Below, in pieces: positions 19,019 to 27,886 of a stretch of 64,000 nucleotides of DNA. The stretch's first letter is position 1. Every line of letters starts with the position of its first letter. This DNA comes from Gaiellaceae bacterium (GTDB lineage: Bacteria; Actinomycetota; Thermoleophilia; Gaiellales; Gaiellaceae): contig DATMZV010000020.1 in NCBI GenBank assembly GCA_035573355.1, positions 5,917-69,916 on the forward strand, read 5' to 3'. The notes below the pieces were generated by a model. That model saw nothing but the letters and a program-made list of their open reading frames with translations, searched no databases and had not been told where the DNA came from. The position numbers and the translations under genes are program-made.

Positions 19019-19849
19019 GTGAATACGTCGACCGCCATCGCTCTACCGCTTGCGCTCGCGTCGACGGTGCTGATCAACTTTGCCTATCTGCGCGAGCACG
19101 ATGCGGTCGCAGCTCTTCCGGTTCTCAGCATGCGGCGGCCGTTGCAGTCGGCTCGCGCGCTCCTCACCGACCGCAGCTGGCTGCTCGGCTTCGCGATGGA
19201 GTCGGTCGGCTTTCTCCTTTATGTGGCGGCGCTCAGGCTGGCCTCGCTCGCCCTGGTGCAGAGCGTCGCAGCCGGAGGGATCGGCGTTCTGGCGTACATC
19301 TCCTCACGGTTCGCCGGGCGGCGTCTCTCTCGGCGTGAGCGGAACGGCGTCCTGCTTTCCGTCTTCGGCCTCGCTGCCCTTGGTGTGTCCCTACTCGGTG
19401 GGAGTGGCCAAGGCGGGGCGGGCTCGACGGCGGCGATCCTCGTCTGGCTCGGCGCCACCGCGGCCGCGGCCGTTTTGGTCGTAACGCTTGGCCGGAGGAT
19501 GCTTGGAGTCGCCGTGGCCGAAGGTGTCGCGGGTGGGTTGTTCTTCTCGCTCGGAGACGTCAGCACGAAGGTCGCGACGCAGGGCGGTGCACGCATCGCC
19601 TTCGTGATCCCGCTGATTCTCGGCTACACGCTCGGAACCTGGCTTCTCCAGCTCGGCTACCAGCGGGGCGCTGCGCTGACCGTCGCCGGGTTGGCGACGC
19701 TCCTCACGAATGCGGTGCCGATCGCTGCCGGCACGATCGTGCTCGGGGAGCCGGTCCCGTCCGGTGTGTACGGCGCCTTGCGCATCACTGCGTTCGCGGC
19801 GGTGACGATCGGCGCGATCTTCCTTGCACGTCCCGAGAGGAAGGCGTAG
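19019..19849 (+). CDS. Polytopic membrane protein (DMT/EamA-like?)
   Basis: 276 aa, about 9 hydrophobic helices. Family assignment is tentative. Confidence 0.5.
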   Translation: MNTSTAIALPLALASTVLINFAYLREHDAVAALPVLSMRRPLQSARALLTDRSWLLGFAMESVGFLLYVAALRLASLALVQSVAAGGIGVLAYISSRFAGRRLSRRERNGVLLSVFGLAALGVSLLGGSGQGGAGSTAAILVWLGATAAAAVLVVTLGRRMLGVAVAEGVAGGLFFSLGDVSTKVATQGGARIAFVIPLILGYTLGTWLLQLGYQRGAALTVAGLATLLTNAVPIAAGTIVLGEPVPSGVYGALRITAFAAVTIGAIFLARPERKA

Positions 19850-19850
19850 C

Positions 19851-20903
19851 TCAGCGGCGCCGGCGGCGGCGCCCGAACGGTTGACGCTTCTTCGAGGTTC
19901 GGCCGAGTAGCTCGCTCTCCTCGAGGCTGCTGCCGGCGCCGAGCACGACGCACTCGAGCGGCTTCTCCGCGACGACCACCGGCAGCCCTGTCTCCGAGCT
20001 CAGCAGCTGATCCAGCCCGCGGAGCAGTGCACCTCCGCCGGCGAGCACGATCCCCCGGCTACCCAGATCGGCGGCTAGCTCCGGTGGCGTCGATTCGAGC
20101 GTTCGCTTGACCGTGTCGACGATCGTTTCGATCGGCTGCGCGATTGCCGCCCGTACGTCGTTCGAATCGATCGTGTTTCGTCGGAGCAGTCCCGTAATCC
20201 GGTCGCGTCCGGCAACCTGCGCCTCGATCGTCTCTGTCAGCGGCCACGCGGCTCCGCAGGCGATCTTCGCGGCCTCGGCTGTCTCGGAGCCGATGAGCAA
20301 GCGCGCGTTCGCGTCGACGTGCCGAACGACTGCTTCGTCGAGCTCGTAGCCGCCGACCTTGATCGATTCCCACACCACGATCCCGCCCAGCGCGAGCACC
20401 GCTACCTCGGTCGTGCCGCCGCCGATGTCCACGACCATCGTTCCCTGTGCCTCGGCGACGGGCAGCCCCGCTCCGATTGCGGCGGCCATCGGCTCCTCGA
20501 TCAGCGAGACCCTGCGTACGCCGGCTGCGAGCGTTGCTTCCTCGACTGCGTTCCGCTCGACATCGGTGATGCCGCTCGGGACGCAGAGGACGACATGCGA
20601 ATAGGAGAGGCCGCCCCCGCCGCCGACCCGCCGAATGAAGTAGCGCAGCATCTCGGCGGTGATGTCGAAGTCCGCGATGACACCGTGCCGCAGCGGGCGG
20701 ATCGCGCGGATCGTCGCCGGCGTGCGCCCGATCATGCGGCGAGCCTCCTCGCCGACCGCGTGAACGCGCCCGGTTACGTCGTCGATCGCGACGACGGACG
20801 GCTCGAACACCGCGATGCCCTCGCCGCGGACGAACACGAGCGTGTTCGCCGTCCCGAGATCAATCGCAAGCTCACGACTTCGTTGGAAACGCCTCTGTGC
20901 CAC
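19851..20903 (-). CDS. mreB: Rod-shape determining actin homologue MreB/Mbl
   Basis: 350 aa. LAIDLGTANTLVF, RPLRHGVIADFD, DIGGGTTEVAV, GIVLAGGGALLRGL. No mreC/mreD nearby. Confidence 0.9.
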   Translation of the reverse strand: MAQRRFQRSRELAIDLGTANTLVFVRGEGIAVFEPSVVAIDDVTGRVHAVGEEARRMIGRTPATIRAIRPLRHGVIADFDITAEMLRYFIRRVGGGGGLSYSHVVLCVPSGITDVERNAVEEATLAAGVRRVSLIEEPMAAAIGAGLPVAEAQGTMVVDIGGGTTEVAVLALGGIVVWESIKVGGYELDEAVVRHVDANARLLIGSETAEAAKIACGAAWPLTETIEAQVAGRDRITGLLRRNTIDSNDVRAAIAQPIETIVDTVKRTLESTPPELAADLGSRGIVLAGGGALLRGLDQLLSSETGLPVVVAEKPLECVVLGAGSSLEESELLGRTSKKRQPFGRRRRRR

Positions 20904-20930
20904 AGACCCCGGTCCACGGTACCGGGAGGC

Positions 20931-21365
20931 CTACCAGGGTGCGACTGTTACCCCGCCCCATTCCTCCGGCTCGACGTCGCGAACCGACTGCGTGAGCTCC
21001 CACCGATGGCCACCCAGGTCCTCCACCACGCATGAGCGCTCGCCGTACTCGTACGTCGTCGGTTCCTGGAGGACGCGGCCGCCGAAGTCACGCGCCCGCG
21101 CGAACGCTGCATCGACGTCCGGCACACGCACTTTGAGGAGATGGGTCACGACACCTCCGGTTGGCGCGACTTGATCGGAGCGAACGTCGGCAACGACCAC
21201 GGAGCCGTCTGCGCCGACGCGCAGCTGAGCCCGGTGCGCCTCGCCGATGCGAACGCGTTCCTCGAAGCCGAAGGCAGAGTCGAGCCATGCGACTGCAGCA
21301 CGCACATCCGGATAGATCAGCACCGGCGTAACGGTCGCGGGCGGTGCAGAGCGATTCGTCAGCAC
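20931..21365 (-). CDS. VOC/glyoxalase family protein
   Basis: 144 aa. Glyoxalase-fold pattern (...AVAWLDSAFGFEE...VVEDLGGHRWEL). Confidence 0.75.
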   Translation of the reverse strand: MLTNRSAPPATVTPVLIYPDVRAAVAWLDSAFGFEERVRIGEAHRAQLRVGADGSVVVADVRSDQVAPTGGVVTHLLKVRVPDVDAAFARARDFGGRVLQEPTTYEYGERSCVVEDLGGHRWELTQSVRDVEPEEWGGVTVAPW

Positions 21366-21406
21366 GCTCGCTAGGTTAACGGGGACCAGTCGGAAGGAGC
21401 GATCAC

Positions 21407-21826
21407 ATGAGCGAAGGGGAGAACCTGTTCGGCGAGGAGCACGTGCGCCGCTACCGCGAAACAGGGGGAGAGGTCGGCCACAAGTGGAAGCGAGGTTCGA
21501 AGACCTTGCTCCTGACGACGAAGGGCCGAAAGAGCGGCGAGCCTCGAACGAAGCCGCTCATCTACGAGCAAGACGGCGACCGTTACGTGATCGTGGCCTC
21601 GAAGGGCGGCGCTCCCGAGCATCCGGATTGGTACCGGAACCTGGAGAAAGATCCGAACGTCGAGCTTCAGGTGCTCGACGACGTGTTCCCGGCGCGTGCG
21701 CGCACTGCGGAGGGCGAGGAACGCGAGCGGTTGTGGCAGCTCGTCAACCAGCAGTGGCCGGATTACGAGAGCTACCAGACGAAGACCGATCGGGAGATCC
21801 CGGTCGTCGTCCTCGAGCGCGCCTAG
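21407..21826 (+). CDS. F420H2-dependent (Ddn-family) nitroreductase/quinone reductase
   Basis: 139 aa. ...LLLTTKGRKSGEPRTKPL...GAPEHPDWYRNL...ERERLW... is characteristic of the deazaflavin-dependent family. Confidence 0.8.
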   Translation: MSEGENLFGEEHVRRYRETGGEVGHKWKRGSKTLLLTTKGRKSGEPRTKPLIYEQDGDRYVIVASKGGAPEHPDWYRNLEKDPNVELQVLDDVFPARARTAEGEERERLWQLVNQQWPDYESYQTKTDREIPVVVLERA

Positions 21827-21840
21827 AGGCGTAAGGCGGC

Positions 21841-21871
21841 GTGTGTGAGGGAGTCAGCGTCCCCCACACAC
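21841..21871. terminator. Stem-loop between convergent genes
   Basis: GTGTGTGAGGGA-GTCAGCG-TCCCCCACACAC, a 12-bp stem with one mismatch. Confidence 0.5.
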
Positions 21872-21884
21872 CTCGCCGGGCAGT

Positions 21885-22181
21885 TCAAGCCGCGACCGCG
21901 ACGGGATCGGGCCGAACGAGCACGGTCTCGGCAACCTCGACGATCTCTGTCGCCGGGATCCCCGCACGCTCGGCGTGCTCGCGGATCTTCTCGGGGCTCG
22001 AGGCCTCGTAGACACAGAAGGTGCCGAGCGTTCCGTCGGCCTCCTTGACGACGTAGGAGCGGATCCAGCGGATGTCTGCCGGCATCTCCTCGTCGCCCAC
22101 CTGCTTCGATCGTGCCGCCGCAAACTGGAGTTCCTCAGGCGTCCCCCAGCCGCTGGGTCTGCGAATCACGTACAGGTTCAT
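21885..22181 (-). CDS. DUF4242-like small protein
   Basis: Start at ATG 22181 (MNLYVIRR...), 6 nt after AAGGAGG; the listed ORF starts at a TTG two codons upstream. Confidence 0.65.
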   Translation of the reverse strand: MNLYVIRRPSGWGTPEELQFAAARSKQVGDEEMPADIRWIRSYVVKEADGTLGTFCVYEASSPEKIREHAERAGIPATEIVEVAETVLVRPDPVAVAA

Positions 22182-22205
22182 CGTCAACCTCCTTGTCTAG
22201 TTAGT

Positions 22206-22241
22206 ACGATCGTTCGTGCGAGAGAGTATACGAACGATCGT
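22206..22241. promoter_or_regulatory. Candidate TetR operator, perfect 12-bp inverted repeat
   Basis: ACGATCGTTCGT-N12-ACGAACGATCGT in the 77-bp divergent spacer (22182..22258) between the DUF4242 gene and tetR. Confidence 0.5.
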
Positions 22242-22258
22242 GCTATCTTGTCAAGGAA

Positions 22259-22873
22259 TTGATTGAGGCCCCCCGTAAGCGCCGCAGTGACGGCGAAGCA
22301 AGCCGCAAGGCGATCCTGCAAGAGGCGGCGCGGCTCGCCACGGTCGAGGGCATCAACGGGCTCTCGATCGGCCGGCTCGCGGAGGCGGTCGGTATGAGCA
22401 AGAGCGGGCTCTTCGCCCACTTCGGCTCGAAGGAGGAGCTGCAGCTGGCGACGATCGAGACCGCGCACACGCTCTTCCACGAGCTCGTGATCGAGCCCGC
22501 GCTGGTGGCGACGACGGCGCTCGGGCGCCTGCGGATGCTGATCGAGCTGTTCCTTCGGCACGTGGAGAACAAGGTCTACCCGGGTGGTTGCTTCTACGTG
22601 TCGGTGGGAGCAGAGCTCGGCGCGCAGACCGGACCGGTCCGCGACGAGGCCGTTGCGTTGTCTGCGGAGTGGATGCGGCTCGTCATCGACACGATCCAGG
22701 AGGCGCAGGCCGAAGGGAGCATCGCTCCGGCGGAGGACGCCGAGCAGCTCGCATTCGACCTCACCGGCTATCTGCTCCTCGGCAACACGCAGTTCGTCGC
22801 CACCCAGGACAAGGCAGCGATCGACCGGGCACGCCACGCGGTGGAACACCGGCTCGCGGAGGCCACGACCTAG
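22259..22873 (+). CDS. TetR/AcrR-family transcriptional regulator
   Basis: 204 aa, TTG start. HTH ILQEAARLATVEGINGLSIGRLAEAVGMSKSGLFAHFGSKEEL. Confidence 0.85.
   Translation: MIEAPRKRRSDGEASRKAILQEAARLATVEGINGLSIGRLAEAVGMSKSGLFAHFGSKEELQLATIETAHTLFHELVIEPALVATTALGRLRMLIELFLRHVENKVYPGGCFYVSVGAELGAQTGPVRDEAVALSAEWMRLVIDTIQEAQAEGSIAPAEDAEQLAFDLTGYLLLGNTQFVATQDKAAIDRARHAVEHRLAEATT
22813..22857 (+). repeat. Direct repeat copy 1 (native 3' end of tetR)
   Basis: GGCAGCGATCGAC...GTGGAACACCGGCTCGC; compare 23646..23689. Confidence 0.6.
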
Positions 22874-23622
22874 GAAGCACGCGTTCGCACCTCGTCGAGG
22901 AACGGGAGCGCGTACTCGAGAACTCTCCGACTCTGTACGAAGGCGTCGATGTGACCGAGCCCCGCGAGGATGACGGCGCGACCTTGCGCGATCCTCGCGG
23001 CTGCTTGCGTGCAGCCTTCGTCCTCGAGTTCGCCCGCGACGATGAGCACCGGCGCGGTGATCCGCGCGAAGAGGGGCCAGGGAGACCAGTCGGCGAAGCA
23101 CTCGAATCCGCGTGCGAGGACCTCGTTGTCGGTCGTGCGCAAGTTCTCCTGCAGCCACTGCGGTATCGACTCGTCGTCGAGGATCGGCTCGAGACCGTTG
23201 GCGCGCGCGGCTTCGGCGTCCCTAAGCCACTCGGCCGGTTCCGCGTCCTCGGGATCGACGGTTCCCAGGGCGATCAGCCCGGCGACGCGATCGGGCCGTA
23301 TCGCGGCCAGCTGGAAGCCGAACCGGGCCCCGGCGGAGTAACCCCAGAATGCGAACCGGTCAAGGCTGAGGTGGTCGGCAAGCGCGACGACGTCCGCGGC
23401 GTGGTGCTCAGGCAAGTAGCCACGCGGGTCGGTCGGCGTGTCACTTGCGCCGTGGCCACGATGATCGAAGAGGACGACGGTGTAACCCTCTAGAGCGTCG
23501 ACGTATCCGGCGCCACGCCACATGCGCGAGTCGCCGCCCGCACCTGTGTGGAGGATGACCGGGAATCCTTCGCCGACGACGTCGTAGGCAAGCCGGAGCC
23601 CGTCGTGCTCGAAGGATCTCAT
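22870..23622 (-). CDS. Alpha/beta-fold hydrolase
   Basis: Start at MRSFEHDGLRLAYDVVGEGFPVILHTGAGGD (23622). Nucleophile elbow FWGYSAG. The listed N-terminal 23 aa are read from the duplicated tetR tail. Confidence 0.8.
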   Translation of the reverse strand: MRSFEHDGLRLAYDVVGEGFPVILHTGAGGDSRMWRGAGYVDALEGYTVVLFDHRGHGASDTPTDPRGYLPEHHAADVVALADHLSLDRFAFWGYSAGARFGFQLAAIRPDRVAGLIALGTVDPEDAEPAEWLRDAEAARANGLEPILDDESIPQWLQENLRTTDNEVLARGFECFADWSPWPLFARITAPVLIVAGELEDEGCTQAAARIAQGRAVILAGLGHIDAFVQSRRVLEYALPFLDEVRTRAS

Positions 23623-23645
23623 TGGCTTGGGCAGCCTACGCCGGC

Positions 23646-23689
23646 GGCAGCGATCGACTACGCCCGCACGCAGTGGAACACCGGCTCGC
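23646..23689 (+). repeat. Direct repeat copy 2 (diverged, frameshifted copy of tetR 3' end)
   Basis: Blocks of 13/13 and 17/17 identical nt with 22813..22857, separated by a diverged segment with a 1-nt indel. Confidence 0.6.
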
Positions 23690-23742
23690 ATTGAGCACCG
23701 CCGTCGCTTGAGGTTCGTAGGCTCAGGTGCTTAGCTGGGCCG

Positions 23743-23937
23743 ATGGTGGTGCTTGGAGCCATCGTGGGAGCGATCGTCGGCTTCGCGATCGGGATCCTCT
23801 TCGTCGAGGTGATCTTCGCGAACAATCAGAGCTGGCCGGACGTCGTTCCGTTTGCTCTGGCGGTCGTCGGCGCGCTCGCCGGAAGCCAGGCTGTGCGTCG
23901 GATCCGTGGTAGAGCGCCGAGGCCGGAATTGAGGTGA
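23743..23937 (+). CDS. Small two-helix membrane protein
   Basis: 64 aa, MVVLGAIVGAIVGFAIGILFVEV...VVPFALAVVGALAG. 10 nt upstream of lepB. Confidence 0.45.
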   Translation: MVVLGAIVGAIVGFAIGILFVEVIFANNQSWPDVVPFALAVVGALAGSQAVRRIRGRAPRPELR

Positions 23938-23947
23938 GTGGCAGTAG

Positions 23948-24532
23948 GTGAGACGCCGGAGACGCGTGCTCATCGTGATTGCGATCGTGCTCGTGATCGC
24001 CACTCTCATTGCGGTCTTGAGCCTGGCGGGCCTCATCCTCACGGGCTATGCACAAGGGACGTTCAGCATGGCTCCGACCCTTCCCGGCTGCAATGGTCGC
24101 CACTTAGATGAGGACTTCACCTACCGGTTTCGCGATCCGCATCGCGGCGAGATCGTTCTGTTCCATGCCCGCGGTGAAATCGGGGGAACGATCACCCCTG
24201 ATCCGAGCTCCAGGCAACTCGGGGTCACAAAGCGAGTGATCGGCGTTCCCGGCGATACGGTCGTCGGTCGAAGCGGGCGCGTGTTCGTGGACGGGAAGGC
24301 AGCCGACGAGATCCCGACCGAGCCCTTCCCGTCCGTTCGACTCGGGAAGGGACAGTACTTCGTGCTCGGCGACAATCGGAGCGCTTCAGAGGACAGTCGC
24401 ATCTTCGGCCCGGTACCGCGGAAGGCGATCTATGGCCGTGTCGTGCTCGTGTTCTGGCCGCTCGGTCGCTTCGGCGTACCGGGCTACAACAAGCACCTCA
24501 AACCGCCCGGGCCCCTCTGTGGCGCCCCCTGA
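23948..24532 (+). CDS. lepB: Signal peptidase I
   Basis: 194 aa. TM anchor, catalytic Ser box SMAPTL, Lys box KRVIGVPGD, box E GDNRSASEDSR. Confidence 0.8.
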   Translation: MRRRRRVLIVIAIVLVIATLIAVLSLAGLILTGYAQGTFSMAPTLPGCNGRHLDEDFTYRFRDPHRGEIVLFHARGEIGGTITPDPSSRQLGVTKRVIGVPGDTVVGRSGRVFVDGKAADEIPTEPFPSVRLGKGQYFVLGDNRSASEDSRIFGPVPRKAIYGRVVLVFWPLGRFGVPGYNKHLKPPGPLCGAP

Positions 24533-24657
24533 TATCCCGATGCTCGAGGATCCCGAGGGTCTCGCGGACCTGCTGAGTCGCCTAGCCGATACGCGCTAAG
24601 TGAGGACCCGCTAGGGCCGCCTATGCTTTTGACCGCCGCCCCGACCGAGGAGGAGCA

Positions 24658-26103
24658 ATGTCGTCGCCCGAGCCCTCGATCGATAACGAGATCGCTGTCG
24701 CCGACGGCGACCTTGGATCTCGTCGTTCATCGCTCCGACCGCGAGGCGGCCTGATCTGGCGCAGGGCTCCAGCGTCGGGCCTTCGACCAAGCGTCCGCTT
24801 CGCGATCGCATTCACCCTGACCCTGGCATGGGTTGGGTTCAGCGTCTGGGTGTCGCGGATCTGGAGAGGCGAGCTCGAGGATTCGATCGGCCCGGTCATG
24901 GCTTGGGTAATTCCGATCTTCCTCGCGTACATCCCCGGCCTCATCATCTGGTTCATGATCTTCACGCTCCTGATCACGCGCTATCAGGAGCTTCCGCTTG
25001 AAGCTCCCAAGGGCGACTGGCCCGAAGGCGAATGGCCGTCGGTGACGATTGTGGTGGCGGCCTGGAACGAAGGCGCGGCGATCGTGCGCACGCTCGAACA
25101 CATCGGCGAACTCTCATACCCAGGTTCACTTGAAGTCGTCGTCGCCGACAACAACTCGACAGACGACACCGCGTTGCTGGCAGACGCTGCGGGTGATCGG
25201 CTCCCCTTCCGCTACCGACGCGTCTTCGAGTCGAAGCAGGGCAAGCACCACGCCCTGAACGCCGTTCTTGAGACGGTGGCGACGCCGCTGGTGGCGACGG
25301 TTGATGCCGACACCCTTGTGCATCCGCAATCGCTCACGCGTCTCGTCGTTCGCCTTGCGCGCGCACCGCAGGGCCAGCACGTCTCCGCCTGCGCAGCTGC
25401 CCTCGTTGCCGATAATCCGCTGGCGACATTCGTGACCCGGATGCAGCAGTGGGACTACCGACTGGGGATCAACGGCGTCAAGCGGATGCAGGCGGCCTAC
25501 AACACCGCGCTCGTCGCCCAGGGGGCGTTCTCGGCCTACTGGACGAGTGACCTTCGTGCTGTCGGCGGTTGGCCCGATGCGATCGGTGAAGACATCGTCC
25601 TCACCTGGACGATGCTGGGAACGCGGGGGATCGTCCAGTACGAGCCGGTCGCGCTCGGCTTCACCGTCGTCCCCGAGCAGTTGAGCGTGCTTCTGAGTCA
25701 GCGCTCACGCTGGGCGCGCGGGATGTTCGAGGGCCTGCGCACGCATCCGCCGCCGAAGCAGCCTCGCGTCCTCGCGAAGCTGGTTGCCGGGATCGACTAC
25801 CTCGTCCCCTGCCTCGACATCGGGGTCATCTTCTTTTGGGTTCCCGGAGTCATCCTCTTCCTCTTCGGCCACCCGCTTATCTTCGGTTGGTGGTCGATGC
25901 TCCTGCTCCCGATCACACTCGTCATCTTCGGGTTCTTGCAGCGGTGGCAGGCGCGCCACGTCTTCCGGACACTGGGCATCCACCCCCAGAATGACAAGCG
26001 CGGCTTCCTCGGCTACCTGTTCGCCTACCAGGTGCTGACCTCCGCAGCCGCACTCCGCGGCTATGGCCAGTACATCGTCGGAGCGGGTCGCCGCTGGAGG
26101 TAG
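24658..26103 (+). CDS. Processive family-2 glycosyltransferase (PgaC/IcaA/NodC-like)
   Basis: 481 aa, RBS GAGGAGG. N- and C-terminal TM helices. VVAAWNE, DADT, GEDIVLTW and Q-x-x-R-W motif QRSRWARG. Confidence 0.85.
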   Translation: MSSPEPSIDNEIAVADGDLGSRRSSLRPRGGLIWRRAPASGLRPSVRFAIAFTLTLAWVGFSVWVSRIWRGELEDSIGPVMAWVIPIFLAYIPGLIIWFMIFTLLITRYQELPLEAPKGDWPEGEWPSVTIVVAAWNEGAAIVRTLEHIGELSYPGSLEVVVADNNSTDDTALLADAAGDRLPFRYRRVFESKQGKHHALNAVLETVATPLVATVDADTLVHPQSLTRLVVRLARAPQGQHVSACAAALVADNPLATFVTRMQQWDYRLGINGVKRMQAAYNTALVAQGAFSAYWTSDLRAVGGWPDAIGEDIVLTWTMLGTRGIVQYEPVALGFTVVPEQLSVLLSQRSRWARGMFEGLRTHPPPKQPRVLAKLVAGIDYLVPCLDIGVIFFWVPGVILFLFGHPLIFGWWSMLLLPITLVIFGFLQRWQARHVFRTLGIHPQNDKRGFLGYLFAYQVLTSAAALRGYGQYIVGAGRRWR

Positions 26104-26141
26104 CACGGCCGCGCCGGTTCTGCTCGTCATAGGATCGGCGC

Positions 26142-26594
26142 GTGACTGCCGAGCTCTTCGTGCCGCCCGACTTCGCCGTGCCGTTGCGGCTCGAGACTCC
26201 GCAGTTCGTGCTGGAACCACTCGGCCCGCAGCACAACGACGCCGACTACGAAGCCTGGTCGTCCTCGATGGAGCACATCCACGGCACGCCCGGCTGGGAA
26301 AAGAGCTCGTGGCCTCGTTCGATGACGCTGGACGAGAATCGCGCGGATCTCGAGCGGCATGCCGCGGACTTCGAAGGTCGGACGGGCTTCACGTACACCG
26401 TGCTGTCGCCAGGCGGCGAGGTGATCGGGTGCGTCTACATCTATCCCGTTCCCACCGAAGGTGTCGACGCGCTCGTGGAATCGTGGGTCCGCGCGAGCGA
26501 AGCGGAGCTCGATGCGCCGCTCTGGAGAGCTGTAAGTGGGTGGGTCGAGTCGGACTGGCCTTTCGAAAGCATCGAGTACGCGATCCGTGACTGA
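26142..26594 (+). CDS. GNAT-family N-acetyltransferase
   Basis: 150 aa, GTG start. Weak GNAT-like core ([20 protein letters not shown]). Confidence 0.65.
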   Translation: MTAELFVPPDFAVPLRLETPQFVLEPLGPQHNDADYEAWSSSMEHIHGTPGWEKSSWPRSMTLDENRADLERHAADFEGRTGFTYTVLSPGGEVIGCVYIYPVPTEGVDALVESWVRASEAELDAPLWRAVSGWVESDWPFESIEYAIRD

Positions 26595-27606
26595 GCAGCG
26601 AGGTCTGGACAGCTTCGCGCGCGTACCGTTGCTGTTCGGCCCGTCGCCTGTGCACCGGCTGGAGCGCCTGAGCGAGCACCTCGGCGGCGAAGTCGAGATC
26701 TGGGCGAAACGCGAGGACTGCAACTCGGGCCTCGCGTACGGCGGCAATAAGACGCGGAAGCTGGAGTACCTCGTCGCGGACGCGCTGGCGCAGGGCTGCG
26801 ACACGCTCGTCTCGATCGGCGGCGTGCAGTCGAACCACACCAGGCAGGTCGCCGCGGTCGCTGCGAAGCTCGGCCTCGGCTGTGTCCTGGTGCAGGAGCA
26901 CTGGGTCGACTGGCCGGATGCCGTCTACGACAAGGTCGGCAACATCCTGCTGTCGCGAATCATGGGCGCCGACGTGCGACTCAGCGAGGCCGGGTTCGAC
27001 ATCGGCATCCGGCCGAGCTGGGAAGAAGCGCTGGCATCAGTCGAGGAGCGAGGCGGGAGGCCGTACGCAATCCCGGCCGGCGGATCCGATCATCCGCTGG
27101 GCGGCCTCGGGTTCGCACGCTGGGCGCAGGAGGTGGCGGAGCAGGAGGCCGACGTCGGCGTCTTCTTCGACACGGTCATCACGTGCTCGGTAACCGGCTC
27201 GACGCAGGCGGGCATGATCGCGGGCTTCGCGATGCAGGACACCGAGCGCAAGGTGCTCGGCATCGACGGCTCCGCGACGGTCGAACAGACGTGGAATCAG
27301 ATCGCCCGCATCGCGCGTCAGACCGCCGAAGCAATCGGCCTGCGGCGCGAGCTCCGCGACAACGAGATCGTGCTGCTCGACGAGTGGCACGCCGGCACGT
27401 ACGGGATACCGGATGCGAAGACGATCGAGGCAATCCGCCTGTGTGCCCGCCTCGAGGGCGTGCTCACCGATCCTGTGTACGAAGGAAAGTCGATGGCGGC
27501 GCTGATCGACCTGGTGCGTTCCGGGCGCATTCCATCTCGTTCACGGGTGTTGTACGCGCATCTCGGCGGGCAGCCTGCGCTGAATGCCTATTCAGATGTC
27601 TTCTGA
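26587..27606 (+). CDS. ACC deaminase / D-cysteine desulfhydrase family PLP enzyme
   Basis: GTG 26587 overlaps the GNAT stop. [13 protein letters not shown] (PLP lysine), [13 protein letters not shown]. Confidence 0.85.
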   Translation: MTEQRGLDSFARVPLLFGPSPVHRLERLSEHLGGEVEIWAKREDCNSGLAYGGNKTRKLEYLVADALAQGCDTLVSIGGVQSNHTRQVAAVAAKLGLGCVLVQEHWVDWPDAVYDKVGNILLSRIMGADVRLSEAGFDIGIRPSWEEALASVEERGGRPYAIPAGGSDHPLGGLGFARWAQEVAEQEADVGVFFDTVITCSVTGSTQAGMIAGFAMQDTERKVLGIDGSATVEQTWNQIARIARQTAEAIGLRRELRDNEIVLLDEWHAGTYGIPDAKTIEAIRLCARLEGVLTDPVYEGKSMAALIDLVRSGRIPSRSRVLYAHLGGQPALNAYSDVF

Positions 27607-27766
27607 GAGTGTGACCGTCGACATGCCGAACCCGTGCCCGACGCGCCGATCTGTCGCGCAACCGTTGGCCTCGCCCGTTCGTGACCCTCGGCCAGCTGAA
27701 CTGGTCCGTGATGACCTCAGTGACAGCACCCGCTGCGGCCGCTTGGGTGCTTCCGCCCGCTGCCAG

Positions 27767-27783
27767 GGAGGCAGGATGCCTCC
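27767..27783. terminator. Short stem-loop in intergenic region
   Basis: GGAGGCA-GGA-TGCCTCC; no U-tract. Confidence 0.3.
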
Positions 27784-27796
27784 GTAACACTTCGAC

Positions 27797-27873
27797 CATC
27801 ATCCCCTCGGCTCGAAGCGCATATGGGCGAATTCGAGTACGTACACACCTTGAGCGGCACGCCGTACCGCAAC
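27797..27873 (-). pseudogene. About 77-nt relic homologous to an internal part of nrdJ
   Basis: Roughly 80% identical by eye to nrdJ 28743..28820, same orientation. Would encode ...VYVLEFAHMRFEPRG versus NrdJ ...VYVSKFAHMRFEPSG. Contains indels of 1 and 3 nt. Confidence 0.6.
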
Positions 27874-27886
27874 CTCTAAGGGCTTG

